Source: Octopus bimaculoides (Eukaryota). From it: a stretch of 53,842 nt of DNA. The number at the start of each line of letters is the position of its first letter. Position 1 is the stretch's first letter. The DNA lies in the NCBI RefSeq assembly GCF_001194135.2, contig NC_068982.1, forward strand, positions 15,889,154-15,942,995, written 5' to 3'. Shown here piece after piece: positions 1 through 12,030 of this stretch. Both the position numbers and the translations under genes were made by a program. The notes under the pieces were generated by a model that was given only the letters and a program-made list of their open reading frames with translations, was not told the origin of the DNA and made no database searches.

Positions 1-237
1 GGCACATAAAAGACACCATTTCGAGCGTGGCCGTTTTCGTGCGGGTGACACGTAAAAGCACCCACTACACTCTCTGAGTGGTTGGCGTTAGGAAGGGCAT
101 CCAGCTGTAGAAACTCTGCCAAATTAGATTGGAGCCTGGTGTTGCCATCCGGTTTCACCAGTCCTCAGTCAAATCGTCCAACCCATGCTAGCATGGAAAG
201 CGGACGTTAAACGATGATGATGATGATGATGATGATG
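1..237 (+). mobile_element. SINE family D, 3' part ending in a (GAT)n tail
   Basis: Contains GTTGGCGTTAGGAAGGGCATCCAGCTGTAGAAAC, which resembles the V-SINE central domain. Tail is CCATGCTAGCATGGAAAGCGGACGTTAAAC(GAT)n. Homologous segments at 3446-3925, 4645-5005, 11540-12030 and 13492-13720. Confidence 0.8.
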
Positions 238-440
238 TACAGGGCCTGAAATTTAGGGGAATGGGGCAAGTTGATTACATCGACCCTAGTGCATAACTGG
301 TCCTTATTTGATCGACCCCCACTAAAAGGATGAAAGGCAAAGTCAATCTCGGTGGAATTTGAACTCAGAATGTAAAGACAGATGAAATACCGTTAAACAT
401 TTCGCCCAGCGTGCTAATGGTCCTACCAGCTCGCTGCTTT
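238..440 (-). mobile_element. SINE family A (tRNA-derived head)
   Basis: Reverse complement has an A-box-like TGGTAGGACCATTAGC and a B-box GAGTTCAAATTCC. More than 10 homologous copies occur in the window. Confidence 0.85.
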
Positions 441-1496
441 AAATGATAAAATAAATAATAACAATAATACAAATAATAATAATGTTGATGGCTTTTTTGT
501 TTTTTTTTCTATTTATGACTTTATGATTTATATACAATTTGTATGAATGACTTGCGAACATCTTTGATGCATAATAAATGCATTTACTTTTCACATTAAG
601 TGATAAACAGAAAATGTTTACATAATTCCTAGCTATATTATTCATCATTAACCTGTATGATCTTTCAACAAAAAGGTAAATAGATATTTCAAGATATGTT
701 AATAAGGGCCGAAAAGAAAAGAAAAAAAAATGAAAGAGGAAAAGAAAAGGAATAAAAATTTTTTCTTTTTGAAAATAAAATGACTAAAATTTTTTTCTTA
801 CTATTTTTTCTTTCAGTTAAAAACCTTCATTTTGCTACTTTCATGTTTATATTCAACTTTGAATTAAAAAATTTCTTTTATTAAAATATTGCTAAATATT
901 TTTTCCTGTTGACCATTTTTGTCTTTAAGAATCAAATCTTATTTGTATTTGGTTATTTTGAAGTTTTGCACACACATACACACACACATGTATGTATATA
1001 TATATATATATATATAGTTTCAAAAAAGGAAAAAGGCAAAAAAAACAACAACAACAAAAAACAACAACGTGAGGACGTGATACAGATTGTGTTACTAGAC
1101 GCTCGGGAAAGGAAAGAGAGAGAATATGACGTTTCGAGCGGAGCTCTTCGTCGGAAACAAGTAAAGTCCAAAGAATGGAAAAACGGAGGAAGAAAAAAAT
1201 CGCCACTGATGTCCACGAGGTTATATATATATATATAATCTGTCCATCTATCTATCTATGAATATATATATATATATAATATATATAATCTGTCCATCTA
1301 TTTATCTTTCTATGAATATTTGTATGTGTGTTTATTTCTATATATATATATATATATACATACACACACACATATACATAAGTACATACCATACATACAT
1401 ATCTATATTTGTATTTATGTATATACATTATATATATACATAAATATATATATATATTTTTGTATTCATGTATATATATATGTATATGTATATGCA

Positions 1497-1531
<35 letters not shown>

Positions 1532-1552
1532 GTATGTATTTATGTATGTATA

Positions 1553-2783
1553 CTGGGTCATCCCATAGATAATTCAGCTTTTTTAATTGCATAAACTAAA
1601 TGTCAGAGAGGGATAGGATAAACTACCTGCATCAATTTGCTATAAAAGCAGGTAGTAATTTTACATTGACCTTATTCTTAGTACAAGTTTTGAAGAGTGC
1701 AGTTTGATTTTAACTGTTATTTATTCAAAGCTATAGTGGAAGTGACAAAGGAGCATATTCAGCATATTTTGCTTTATGAGTTCAATAAAGGCAACAACGC
1801 AACGGAAAGTGTGATGAATATCAATGCAGTGTATGGGAACGAGACAATAAGTATAGGCCAGTGTCAACGGTGGTTCCAGAAATTCCGAGTCGGAAACTAC
1901 AGCCTAGAAGATGAGCCTCATCCTGGAAGATCTCTAGTGTTTGATGAGGACGTCCTGCAAACCTTGGTGGAACAAAATCCCATCGTAACTGTTGAGGAAC
2001 CAGCAGAGAAGTTTGGATTTGGTCATTCAATCATTCATTGGCACCTGTGTGCCATTGGAAAAATTGGAAAATTTGGTTAATGGGTTCCTCACAACCTCTC
2101 TGAGTCTAATCACGTGCAGAGAGTGAATGTGTGCTCTTCTTTGCTGTCACGTCTCACGAATGAACCGTTTTTAGACTGAATAGTGACTGGTGATGAGAAA
2201 TGAGTTCTCTATAAAAATGTCAAGCACCAAAGAAGCATTGGCACCCTAGGCCAAAGGTCTTCACATATGTATGGTATTGTTATCTGTTTGGTGGGATATG
2301 AAAGGTTTAGTCCACTTTGAACTTTTAAACCCAAACCAAACGATAATAAAGGAGATCTACTGCGAGTAGCTTCAGTGGCTCAAGTCAGTGTTACAAGAAA
2401 AATGACCATCTTTGGTTTCAAAAGGTGTTCTTCCATCATGATACAGCAAGGATGACATTCCAAAGGAAGGAGCGGTTTGAATGGGAAACGATGCCTCACC
2501 TACCATATTTGCCAGACATTGCCCCATCTGATTATCATTTATTCTGCAGTCTTCAAAATCATTTGGACGGAAAAAATATGAATTCTGTAGACAAGGTGAG
2601 AACAGTAGTGGAGGAATATTTTTCATCATGGATAAGTGAATTTTGTAAGTCAACCAGATAGATGGAAAAGCATTGTAGAAAATGAAGGAGAGTATATTTT
2701 AAACTAAAAAAGAAGTTTGTTATCTTAATTTTGAAAAATAAAAGGAGTATTAAAAAAATCGCATTATTTATAGGATGACTCAA
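1553..2783 (+). mobile_element. mariner DNA transposon, degenerate, near full length (about 1.23 kb)
   Basis: Imperfect TIRs CTGGGTCATCCCATAGATAATTC (1553) and GCATTATTTATAGGATGACTCAA (ends 2783), each flanked by TA. Encloses a transposase relic. Confidence 0.92.
1736..2706 (+). pseudogene. mariner transposase pseudogene
   Basis: N-terminal HTH (EVTKEHIQHILLYEF...QRWFQKFR), WVPHNL, IVTGDEK, HDTAR and PYLPDIAPSDYHLF motifs. Several stops, frameshifts and deletions. Confidence 0.92.
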
Positions 2784-2831
2784 TATATACATATATACAT
2801 GTATGCAAAAATACATATATATCAGTAATTC

Positions 2832-2895
<64 letters not shown>

Positions 2896-3445
2896 TGTGA
2901 GTGTGTGTGTGTGCATGAATAATCCTCCACAACAATTGCCACCAATAACCTACCCTGTTTTTTTCTCTCTCTCACTAATTTTTTCTTTTGAATATTTCAT
3001 TCACAGTCTCTGTTATGTTACCTTTTCCCCTTCTCTTTCTTCTCTTTTCCGCACTATTTCATGTACCTCTTTATGACTCATACATTCTATTTGGCACTGA
3101 ACTTGGAATCAATAGTATTTTAACCATTTTCTGTGTTTGGAATGTTTTTGTTATTTTTTCTTCTACTGAAATAATGTTGAGTAAAATATATATTTTTCTT
3201 AACAAAACCCGTTTTTTTTAACCTTTTCATTCATTTTTTAAAATTGTTATTTGTGTATTTTATTCAATTTATGCAATTCTATTCCATCCTGACACGAGAT
3301 GTATTCAAATTTCAATACTGAAAACTTACCTGTTTACAGTCCAGTTCTTTTGGTGGTCTTTGTAACACTCTGTCTGTCTGTCTGTCCCTGCAGGTTCTGC
3401 TGCCAGCTGGCTGTTTAATACCAAGTCAATTCAGATTAAGTAGAC

Positions 3446-3925
3446 CTCTGATCCATCATCATCATCATCATCACCACCATCATTATCATCATCATTGTCA
3501 TCATTATCGTTGTTTTCGTCATTATCTTTATGATTGTCTTCATTGTCATCGTCCTCTTCTTCCTCCCCCCCCCCCATAATAATAATCATCATCATCATCA
3601 TTTTAGTGTCCACTTTCCATGGCTCTCACATGAGTTGGACTATATTTGTGTTAAGGAAGGCAGTAAGCAGGCAGAAATGTAAGCACACGGATGAAATGCT
3701 TAGGGGTATTTCATCTGTCTTTACGTTCTGAGTTCAAATTCCGTCGAGGTCAACTTTACTTTTCATCCTTTTGGGGTCGACAAATTAAGTACCAGTTGTG
3801 TACTGGGGTCGATCTAATCGATTAGCCTCCTCTTGCCAAAATTTTGGGCCTTGTGCCCAGAGTAGAAAAATATATTTGTGTTAAGGTTAAGATTTCTATG
3901 GCTGGATGTCCTTTCAGTCACCAGN
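3446..3925 (-). mobile_element. SINE family D fragment with an expanded (CAT)n tail, interrupted by a family A SINE
   Basis: TTTAGTGTCCACTTTCCATGG at about 3602 and GATTTCTATGGCTGGATGTCCTTTC at about 3890 match the family D reverse complement on either side of the insertion. Confidence 0.7.
3657..3870 (+). mobile_element. SINE family A with a 16-bp target-site duplication
   Basis: TATATTTGTGTTAAGG at 3641-3656 and at 3871-3886. B-box GAGTTCAAATTCC present. Confidence 0.9.
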
Positions 3926-3974
3926 NNNNNNNNNACTTGAAGTCAAGGCAAGGAAACAGTGACAACCCCCACCC

Positions 3975-4290
3975 CGGTCTGTTGGGCTCACAGTTATGAG
4001 ATAGTGAGTTCGATTCCCAAACTGGGCTGTATGTTGTGTTCTTGAGCAAGACACTTTATTTCACATTGCTCCAGTTCACTCAGATGTAGAAATGAGTTCC
4101 GCCGTCACAAGTGCCAAGCTGTATCAGTCCCCTTTGCCTTTCCCTTGGATAACACTGGTGGCATGGAGAGGGTAGGCTGGTATGCATGGACGAATGCTGG
4201 TCTTCCATAAAACAACCTTGCCCAGACTTGTGCCTCGGAGGGTAACTTTCTAGGTGCAATCCCATGGTCATTCATGACCAAAGGGGATCT
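3975..4290 (+). mobile_element. SINE family C, tail variant C2 (tRNA head plus CORE-like segment)
   Basis: B-box GAGTTCGATTCCC followed by GTGTTCTTGAGCAAGACACTTTATTTCAC. The 3' tail is shared with 20005-20256 and differs from the other family C copies. Confidence 0.8.
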
Positions 4291-4644
4291 TTTCTTTTTT
4301 TATTCATGAGAGATATCTCTCAAACATTGAAGACTTTAAAATCTGAGATAAGTTCCGGTACAATGAAACAGCAATTTCTATGAGGTGTTTCCAGCATGGT
4401 TGTTTAACTCATTAGGAATAATTACTAAAGGTTTTTGTTTAAAAAAAGTAGGAAGGCACATTTAATAATGTCTTCCAAAATACATTATGTCTTCAAAAAA
4501 TTGGGCAGGATCATAACTGGAATTTCTCTGAACATAAGTCTACACATTGAAGACTTGTAGGCTAAACAGCTATGGTAACAAAAATGTCTAGTAAGAAAGC
4601 TGGTTGTTTAAATCATTCTTTGGTTTGATATATTCATATATCCT

Positions 4645-5005
4645 CATCATTTAAAATCTGTTTTCCATGCTGGTATGGCTTGGATACTTTGACAGGTGCT
4701 GGAAAGGCCAAAAGCTGTATTAAGCTCTAATAGTTTGTTTTGGAATTATTTCTATGTTTGGATGCCCTTCCTAACACCAACCACTCTGAGAGTGTAGTAG
4801 GTGCTTTTACATGCCAGTCATATGGTACTGGCAACAGCCATGCTCAAAATTGTGTTTTTTACGTGCCACCTACACAGGAACCAGTCCAGCGGCACTGGCA
4901 ACGACCTCGCTTGAATGATTTTCTAACATGCCACTGGCACAAGTGCCAGTAAGACGACACTGGTAACGATCAAGCTCAAAAGGTGCTATTTATGGGCCAC
5001 TAGCA
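4645..5005 (-). mobile_element. SINE family D copy with internal ~60-bp subrepeats
   Basis: TGGATGCCCTTCCTAACACCAACCACTCTGAGAGTGTAGTAGGTGCTTTTAC is the reverse complement of the 1-237 copy. GGCACTGG(C/T)AACGA..GCT-like units repeat at about 4891 and 4957. Confidence 0.8.
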
Positions 5006-5078
5006 CAGAAGCCTTATATCATAAAAACCTTATTCTTAAAATCAATAAAGTACATAAAAGAATAACTGGTATAAAAAT

Positions 5079-5194
5079 GACTATGCACGTTTCGTGGCTA
5101 TATTTTCAAATAGATAATTAATAAAACCAATTCAATTAATAATCAAATCGATCTACAATTAAATCTATTCAAATATATAGTCACTCCTCAGGTC
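5079..5194 (-). ncRNA. type I hammerhead ribozyme relic (Penelope-terminal-repeat type), long stem II
   Basis: Minus strand reads GAC-CTGAGGA-GTGACTATAT...ATATAGCCAC-GAAAC-GTGC-ATA-GTC. Stem II pairs 9/10 and extends further. Stem III is explained by two CpG deaminations of ACGCGCGT. Confidence 0.6.
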
Positions 5195-5208
5195 TAAAAT
5201 AAAATAAA

Positions 5209-5249
<41 letters not shown>

Positions 5250-5924
5250 TAATAATAAATCAATGTACGTATTGTAACTTATAATAAATATCAAATAAAT
5301 ATATATGTGTGTGTGTGTGTGTGTTATTCAGAATATTTCAAGAAAATATTTTTGTCAAAGCTCAATTTCAGCAATAGAAATAATCAACGCAATTTTAAAT
5401 CAAAAGTACTGAAGGGTTAACTGTTTAGAAAGAGACAAGGAATAAAAGAACAATCCAATTAGCATCTTTTGAAATGACTGTCAGAAACAATTCCTCTAGC
5501 TGTGAGACACAACATGAAAAAAATAAAAAAATAAAAGTAATAAAAAATTATGGCAGTTCTTTTGGAAAGACGAAGCTAATTGCAGTGAGAGAAATTGTAC
5601 TTGTCGAAGAAGAAAAATTGCATTCTGACTGAAAACTTTCAGAAATCCTAGGGTTCCACATATTTATTTATTGATGTCAGCTTTTTGTGCTAACAAGAGA
5701 GCTTTTGCATCGTTAATGCTTGATTTCCTAAATCTAGCTGTCAAATTTCTCTCAGCAAGTTACCCCATTGCTTATGGAATAAGAACTGTATGTTTTAAGT
5801 GCTCAGTCTTCATGCTAGGCTTAAAGATAGGGACAGGCAATGTTTAGGGGTATTTATAAAAAGAAAAAAAAATCTGTTTTGTTCCATCAGTCATTAATCT
5901 CCTCAAGGACTAATTGGAAGCTAA

Positions 5925-6175
5925 CAACAACAACAACAACGACTACGACGACGACAATGACAAGAATAACAACAATGACAACAGTAATGATAACAATTAC
6001 AACAACAAGAACTACATTGATGAAAACAACAACAACATCAATGACAATGACAGCTACAGCAATAATGACAACTACAACAAGAACAAGGTTATGGACACTC
6101 CTCCTCCTCCCTCTTCTTCTCCTCTCCCTCTTCTTCTCTCCCTCCCTCTTCTTCTTCCCCTCTCCCTCCTCCTCC
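5925..6175 (+). repeat. compound (AAC/GAC/AAT)n then (CCT/CTT)n low-complexity tract
   Basis: Visible trinucleotide runs; source of ORFs 5840-6214 and 5914-6204. Confidence 0.9.
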
Positions 6176-6509
6176 AGGCAAAGGTTGATTGGTGGTTGTG
6201 GTAGGAGGCAATGATTCAGATTGGTGGAGAGATTAAGGTATTAAGTTCATGACTTACAAAAGAAGAGTTCAAATCCCGGCAGTGAAATTGCATTATATTC
6301 TTAGGCAAGATACTCCTACATAACGACTGATCAGAAATGTCCTGTAACTCTTAATATTTGCTGGAATTACTCCTTAAAACAGTGTCGAGAGTAAACCGAC
6401 TGTTAGGAATTGAAACCATACTCAAGGAATTTAACATTACTCATAAAAAGATTCGAACCTTCTTTAAGAAACTAACATTAGAAAGGCTATCAAGCTGGGA
6501 AACAAGCTC

Positions 6510-6670
6510 TAAACACTTGCAGTGACTGTGTGGTAAGAAGTTTGCTTTCAAACCACATAGTTTCAGTTTCAATCCCATGGCATGGCACCTTGGGCAAATA
6601 TCTTCTGCTATAGCCTCGGGATGACCAAAGCCTTGTGAGTGGATTCGGTAGATGGAAACATAAAGAAACC

Positions 6671-6690
<20 letters not shown>
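6510..6690 (+). mobile_element. SINE family B, head half, CpG-decayed
   Basis: GTGACTGTGTGGTAAGAAGTTTGCT...GGCACCTTGGGCAAATATCTTCTGCTATAGCCTCGGG matches the reverse complement of 32100-32266. Confidence 0.85.
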
Positions 6691-6701
<11 letters not shown>

Positions 6702-6954
6702 AAGAAAATAAGGTAATGGAGATATAGTATTTAATAAAAATTTATTATCTGCAAAAATCAAACAGTCCCTTACAGCTATTTCAATTAAGCCTAAAAAATT
6801 TAAATAGCAATTATTAAAATCATTATATTAGGCAAAATCTCTTCAGAGGGGTAGAAGAAAAATATACTGTTAGGTTTTTATGTGTTGTATTTTAGATACC
6901 ATCCCTTAATGAGGCTAATTTAACTTCTCGTAGAATAAATATATATATATATAT

Positions 6955-7160
6955 TGCGATCTATATTCGCCATGATAGATCGCTAACCACTACACACATT
7001 TTTTTCTCTCCTTGTTTCTCTCCTTGTTTCTTTCTGTGGAAGAGCATAGGCTCGAAACGTTAAAGACTTTTTCAATTCCCGAGTATTATACTAATACATC
7101 TGTTTGTTGTCTACACCACCTGTCTTTGTCTGTTGTTTTTTGTAAATTCTCCCTATATAN
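6955..7160 (+). mobile_element. repeat family E (probable Penelope-derived terminal repeat) carrying a hammerhead-like fold
   Basis: Highly similar to 52985-53140 and related to 28520-28705. Motif TCTTT-CTGTGGA-A-GAGC-ATAG-GCTC-GAAAC-GTT-AAAGA at 7029-7066. Confidence 0.65.
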
Positions 7161-8004
7161 NNNNNNNNNNNNNNNNNNNNNNNNNNNNNNNNNNNNNNNN
7201 NNNNNNNNNNNNNNNNNNNNNNNNNNNNNNNNNNNNNNNNNNNNNNNNNNNNNNNNNNNNNNNNNNNNNNNNNNNNNNNNNNNNNNNNNNNNNNNNNNNN
7301 NNNNNNNNNNNNNNNNNNNNNNNNNNNNNNNNNNNNNNNNNNNNNNNNNNNNNNNNNNNNNNNNNNNNNNNNNNNNNNNNNNNNNNNNNNNNNNNNNNNN
7401 NNNNNNNNNNNNNNNNNNNNNNNNNNNNNNNNNNNNNNNNNNNNNNNNNNNNNNNNNNNNNNNNNNNNNNNNNNNNNNNNNNNNNNNNNNNNNNNNNNNN
7501 NNNNNNNNNNNNNNNNNNNNNNNNNNNNNNNNNNNNNNNNNNNNNNNNNNNNNNNNNNNNNNNNNNNNNNNNNNNNNNNNNNNNNNNNNNNNNNNNNNNN
7601 NNNNNNNNNNNNNNNNNNNNNNNNNNNNNNNNNNNNNNNNNNNNNNNNNNNNNNNNNNNNNNNNNNNNNNNNNNNNNNNNNNNNNNNNNNNNNNNNNNNN
7701 NNNNNNNNNNNNNNNNNNNNNNNNNNNNNNNNNNNNNNNNNNNNNNNNNNNNNNNNNNNNNNNNNNNNNNNNNNNNNNNNNNNNNNNNNNNNNNNNNNNN
7801 NNNNNNNNNNNNNNNNNNNNNNNNNNNNNNNNNNNNNNNNNNNNNNNNNNNNNNNNNNNNNNNNNNNNNNNNNNNNNNNNNNNNNNNNNNNNNNNNNNNN
7901 NNNNNNNNNNNNNNNNNNNNNNNNNNNNNNNNNNNNNNNNNNNNNNNNNNNNNNNNNNNNNNNNNNNNNNNNNNNNNNNNNNNNNNNNNNNNNNNNNTAT
8001 ATAT

Positions 8005-8130
8005 AAAGTATAGTAAGGAAGGGAAAAAGAAGTGTAGACGTTATTTTATTCCAAGTTGGTACATATATCCAATAAAAACTCTACAAGTTGTTTCCAAGAC
8101 TAATTAATTCAAAACCAAATGAAATATAAT
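8005..8130 (-). repeat. repeat family G, truncated copy (3' half of the hammerhead at 13045-13136)
   Basis: TCCAAGTTGGTACA...CTACAAGTTGTTTCCAAGACTAATTAATTC aligns to 13019-13079. The CUGANGA half is absent. Confidence 0.65.
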
Positions 8131-8149
8131 CCTTTTGAAATCATATATA

Positions 8150-8365
8150 TAGTGTGTCTCTTTGTGTCACCCAAACGTTGTTTGACAACTGGTGTTGGTG
8201 TATTTACATCCCCATAATGTAGCAGTTCAACAGAAGTGACCAATAGAATAAGTATCAGGCTTCAAAAGAGCAAAATAAGTACTAGAGTCAATTCATCAAA
8301 CTAAAAATATCTTCAATGTGATGCCCCAGCATGACCGCAGTCTAATGACTGAAACAAGAAGAGGA
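8150..8365 (+). mobile_element. SINE family B, tail half
   Basis: GACAACTGGTGTTGGTGTATTTACATCCCC...CCAGCATGACCGCAGTCTAATGACTGAAAC. Confidence 0.8.
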
Positions 8366-9110
8366 TAGAAGAAAAGATGAATTAGCAGAACTAGCTAAGC
8401 AATAAAAGAAAGAAACATTAAATATTTTAAAACCATTTATATTTACTTTGCTTTGTGAATATCAGACAAGAATATGCCAGAAGAATATGTTACTAGTTGA
8501 GTTTGCTTGTTACTGTGCTGGAAATAATGTGTTGTGAGCTTATAAGCTGACACTTCTAATGCATTTCATGTCTTTCATGCAAATCGAAAAAGGAAACATG
8601 GATTCTTAATATCAAAATTTATTGTTATAAGAGAGCTGTAGATGACCAAGGCAGTAAGTATAAGATGAGATGCTTTCTTATTTAACTACTTTTACAATAA
8701 ACAATGAATGGGTGTTGTTGCTGCATTAATAATGAAATAAATGGGAAGATGAATTAATGGGTGAGAGAGAATTCGTTGCCCTCTTTTTATTACGCTTATT
8801 GCTGAAAGATTGTATTGGACATGACCATCCAATGAGGAGCAGCAAAGTAAGAACAGAAAGTCATTTACAAGCAGTAGTTTTGTTGGACAGCTTCTGTAGT
8901 TGTGGATAGATGGAACATGATTATCACAACTAATACATAAATCTGAAGAGTGCTTAATGCATGAAAGTTTTAGTTTTATCACAATAAATATATAATATTC
9001 TGTCATTGTAAAATTGTAAAAACTGTAAATAATAAATCGTGAAAATCAGACTAAGCTGGAATTTCACTGATTGATATATTCTTCCATACACAATCATACA
9101 AACTCGGATG

Positions 9111-9134
<24 letters not shown>

Positions 9135-9143
<9 letters not shown>

Positions 9144-9348
9144 TTGTTGCTTGTATCTGTGTTTGTCCCTCCACCATCGCTTGACAACCAATGTAGGTGT
9201 GTTTACGTCCCCATCACTTAACAGTTTGGAAAAAGAGAATATAAGTACTATGCTTACAAAGAATAAGTCCTGGGGTCGATTTATTTGATTAAAGGTGGTG
9301 CTCCAGCATGGCCACAGTCAAATGACTGAAATAAGTAAAAGAGTAAAA

Positions 9349-9350
<2 letters not shown>
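9135..9350 (+). mobile_element. SINE family B, tail half
   Basis: GTATCTGTGTTTGTCCCTCCACCATCGCTTGACAACC...CCAGCATGGCCACAGTCAAATGACTGAAATAAGTAAAAGAG. Confidence 0.85.
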
Positions 9351-9386
<36 letters not shown>

Positions 9387-9489
9387 TATATATATAGAAA
9401 AATTCACATAAGTACCAAGAATGTAACAGCCTACTTATAAAGGGTTTAGTGAAATGTTTTTAAATGACATAGATAAATAAATAAATGGA

Positions 9490-9785
9490 GCTAAGTGTAG
9501 GTGTTATTCAAATCTTTATACTTCTGGCACATGTTTTAAAGTGAACATTAGTATTATTCCAGAAGGAATAAAATGATGTAAAACAATGCAATCTTCTCAT
9601 CGGGGGAAAAAATAGAAATAAAATGCATCAAAAAGACATTTTAACTGAATGTGATTACTGCATATATGATGAAGTATTTATGGTGGTAAGTATTTAAAAA
9701 AAAAAACTTAATAGATATGACGTCAAAAGGCAATTTATAGAAAGAGAAGTAGGAGGAAGAAAGAAATTAGGAGAAAACCTATATA
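9490..9785. repeat. repeat family F
   Basis: Colinear similarity to 53180-53470, for example CTTTATACTTC, GTAAAACAATG and CATTTTAACTGAATGTGATTAC. Confidence 0.7.
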
Positions 9786-9957
9786 TANNNNNNNNNNNNN
9801 NNNNNNNNNNNNNNNNNNNNNNNNNNNNNNNNNNNNNNNNNNNNNNNNNNNNNNNNNNNNNNNNNNNNNNNNNNNNNNNNNNNNNNNNNNNNNNNNNNNN
9901 NNNNNNNNNNNNNNNNNNNNNNNNNNNNNNNNNNNNNNNNNNNNNNNNNNNNNNNNN

Positions 9958-10011
<54 letters not shown>

Positions 10012-11539
10012 GAGAGAGAGAGAGTGGGAGCATGTATACTGTTTCATGATGATGAGAGTAACAAAAAATGTACTCCATTTGGTGAGAGATAAATGTTAAG
10101 TAATATATGCAGTAGATACTTTTGTGAGCTACAAATAGTTTCATGTGATGAAAACATCTCAGTCAGCATTTTTAACATGTCTGGTGCCTTCACAGAATCA
10201 TCAGGCTGTGCACACACACACACACACACATGCACAAATGTGCAAGGAGTGTTTGAATGAATGAATGAATGCAAGTGTCATCTGCTGTTGTGTGGTTTTT
10301 ACGTTAGTAGTGCTTACAATCATTTGTGTTACAGACCCATCATGTTCACAAGTATCTGATTGTCGAACAATGTCAAATACTGAACTTCACCTAACTCAGA
10401 ACACAACTGTCCAACCTTTGGTTCTCCTCACTGTCTGTCTTTTTTCTGTGTCTGGTTCTTGTACTGGTCACTTTCTTCATAAGACAAGTGAAATGTCTTC
10501 TGAGCTGGTAGGAGCAAATTTACATCAACAAGCAATGACCAACTGGGCAGCTATTTGCGTAATATCATCTGTAGAAGAAGGGGTACCACAATGAATGTTG
10601 TGTACCAATGGCTTAGTTTGACTGTACCATGAGGAACCTCATGGTGGTGACTCTTCCTCATGCATTCCAAGAGACTACCATTTATATTCTCCCACAGTTC
10701 CTGTTATGCAGTGGAGATAACTCCCTATTTATTAAACCCATAAGGTATCTTGGAACACCACAAAAATCAGATTGGACAGAACCCTAGTAATGTTATCACT
10801 TGAAAAGCCTTCCATTTTTTTTTACAAAAATTTTATAGTCTACATTTTTGTTGATATCAATCCTCAATCTTCCAAAATCCTGGTTGTTGTTAATAAAAAA
10901 TTTACTGGTTGGAAACAAAAAATTCCAGGTTCAAATCAAAGTACAGACCTGCTGGACTACAATGACTTCAAATGTTGATATTTCTTTTAATCCATCTTAG
11001 TCCATCACATGAGTATTGATCAGATATTGGAGCAAACTAAGTCCCTTGTATTCTACCCTTATAAAAAGATTGACTTTGTGTCTAAGATGAAAGAAATCAA
11101 TACTTAAAATATACAGCAAAGTTCATTCACTCGTAAAAGAGGTTTAAAAGATATCTTGAGAAGTCAACCTTTTTTTTTGTTTTTGTATTTGTTGAACAGG
11201 AAAAAAATTGTACGTATCTTCAACTATGCCTAACGTAAGTTTGGATTGAGCACACTATTGAACTATTGATACAAATATAGTTTTCCATTATAAAGATAAT
11301 TCCACGGCTTAAAGAAGATGGTAAATCTGAAGCATGTCTCAGAAAATACAGTGATCCTTCGAATGCATGCAATATTGATTATATTTTCCTTTATTTATTT
11401 TTCAAACTTACAATAAAAATAATATCTGGATAACTAAAACAAAAACAAAAAAAAAAGAGTTGACTTCTTGAATGAAATTTACCGTATAATCTGTACTGAC
11501 AGGAAAGAAATTCCATCTTCTCTTAAAATCAGGTTTTTT

Positions 11540-12030
11540 CCTCCTCCTTATCATCACTGTCATCATCGTCATCATCATCATCATCATCATCCTCATCATT
11601 GTCATCATTGTCATCATGAACATCGTTGTCGTCATCATTGTTGTCATCATCACCATCATCATCATTGTTGTCATCATCATCATCATTGTCGTAGTCATCA
11701 TCATCATCATCATCATAGTTATCATCATCATTGCCATTGTCATCCTCCTCGTCCTCCTCCTCATCATCGTTATCATCATTATCATCATCATTGTCATCCT
11801 CCTCCTCCTCATTGTTATCATCATCACCATTATCATCATCCTTATCAACATCATCATCATGCTAGTCTTGGTAGGACAGTTTGACAGGAAACTGGTGAGC
11901 TGCAAGGCTGTGTTGAGTTCCCATGTCATCTTGGACATCAACCAATCTACAGTGTGTGTGTGTGCTGAGTGCATTCTGTCTTGCATGGCACCAGCTCCAG
12001 TGAGGTTGCCATGTAACTTGCAAGACAGGA
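11540..12030 (-). mobile_element. SINE family D fragment with a ~320-bp expanded (CAT/CCT)n tail
   Basis: GGACAGTTTGACAGGAAACTGG at about 11874 matches the family D tail seen at 13545 and 13200. It abuts the CAT tract at 11540-11860. Confidence 0.55.

Noticed and set aside
909-1594. ORFs rich in YI/HT/VC repeats (also 15093-15816, 26601-27241, 30338-31075, 37305-39065, 49000-49462)
   Set aside because: They are translations of (TA)n, (CA)n and (TATG)n microsatellites, with no domain content.
7012-8107. Long ORFs of 200-330 aa spanning N blocks (also 44982-45901 and 51446-52338)
   Set aside because: Artefacts of translating assembly gaps.
8940-8985. CTGAAGA-GTGC-TTAAT-GCAT-GAAA hammerhead-like string
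   Set aside because: Stems I and III are not convincingly formed in very AT-rich sequence; a chance match is plausible.
10265-10594. 109-aa hydrophobic ORF resembling a signal-peptide protein
   Set aside because: It starts in a (TGAA)n repeat and has no recognisable family or splice support.
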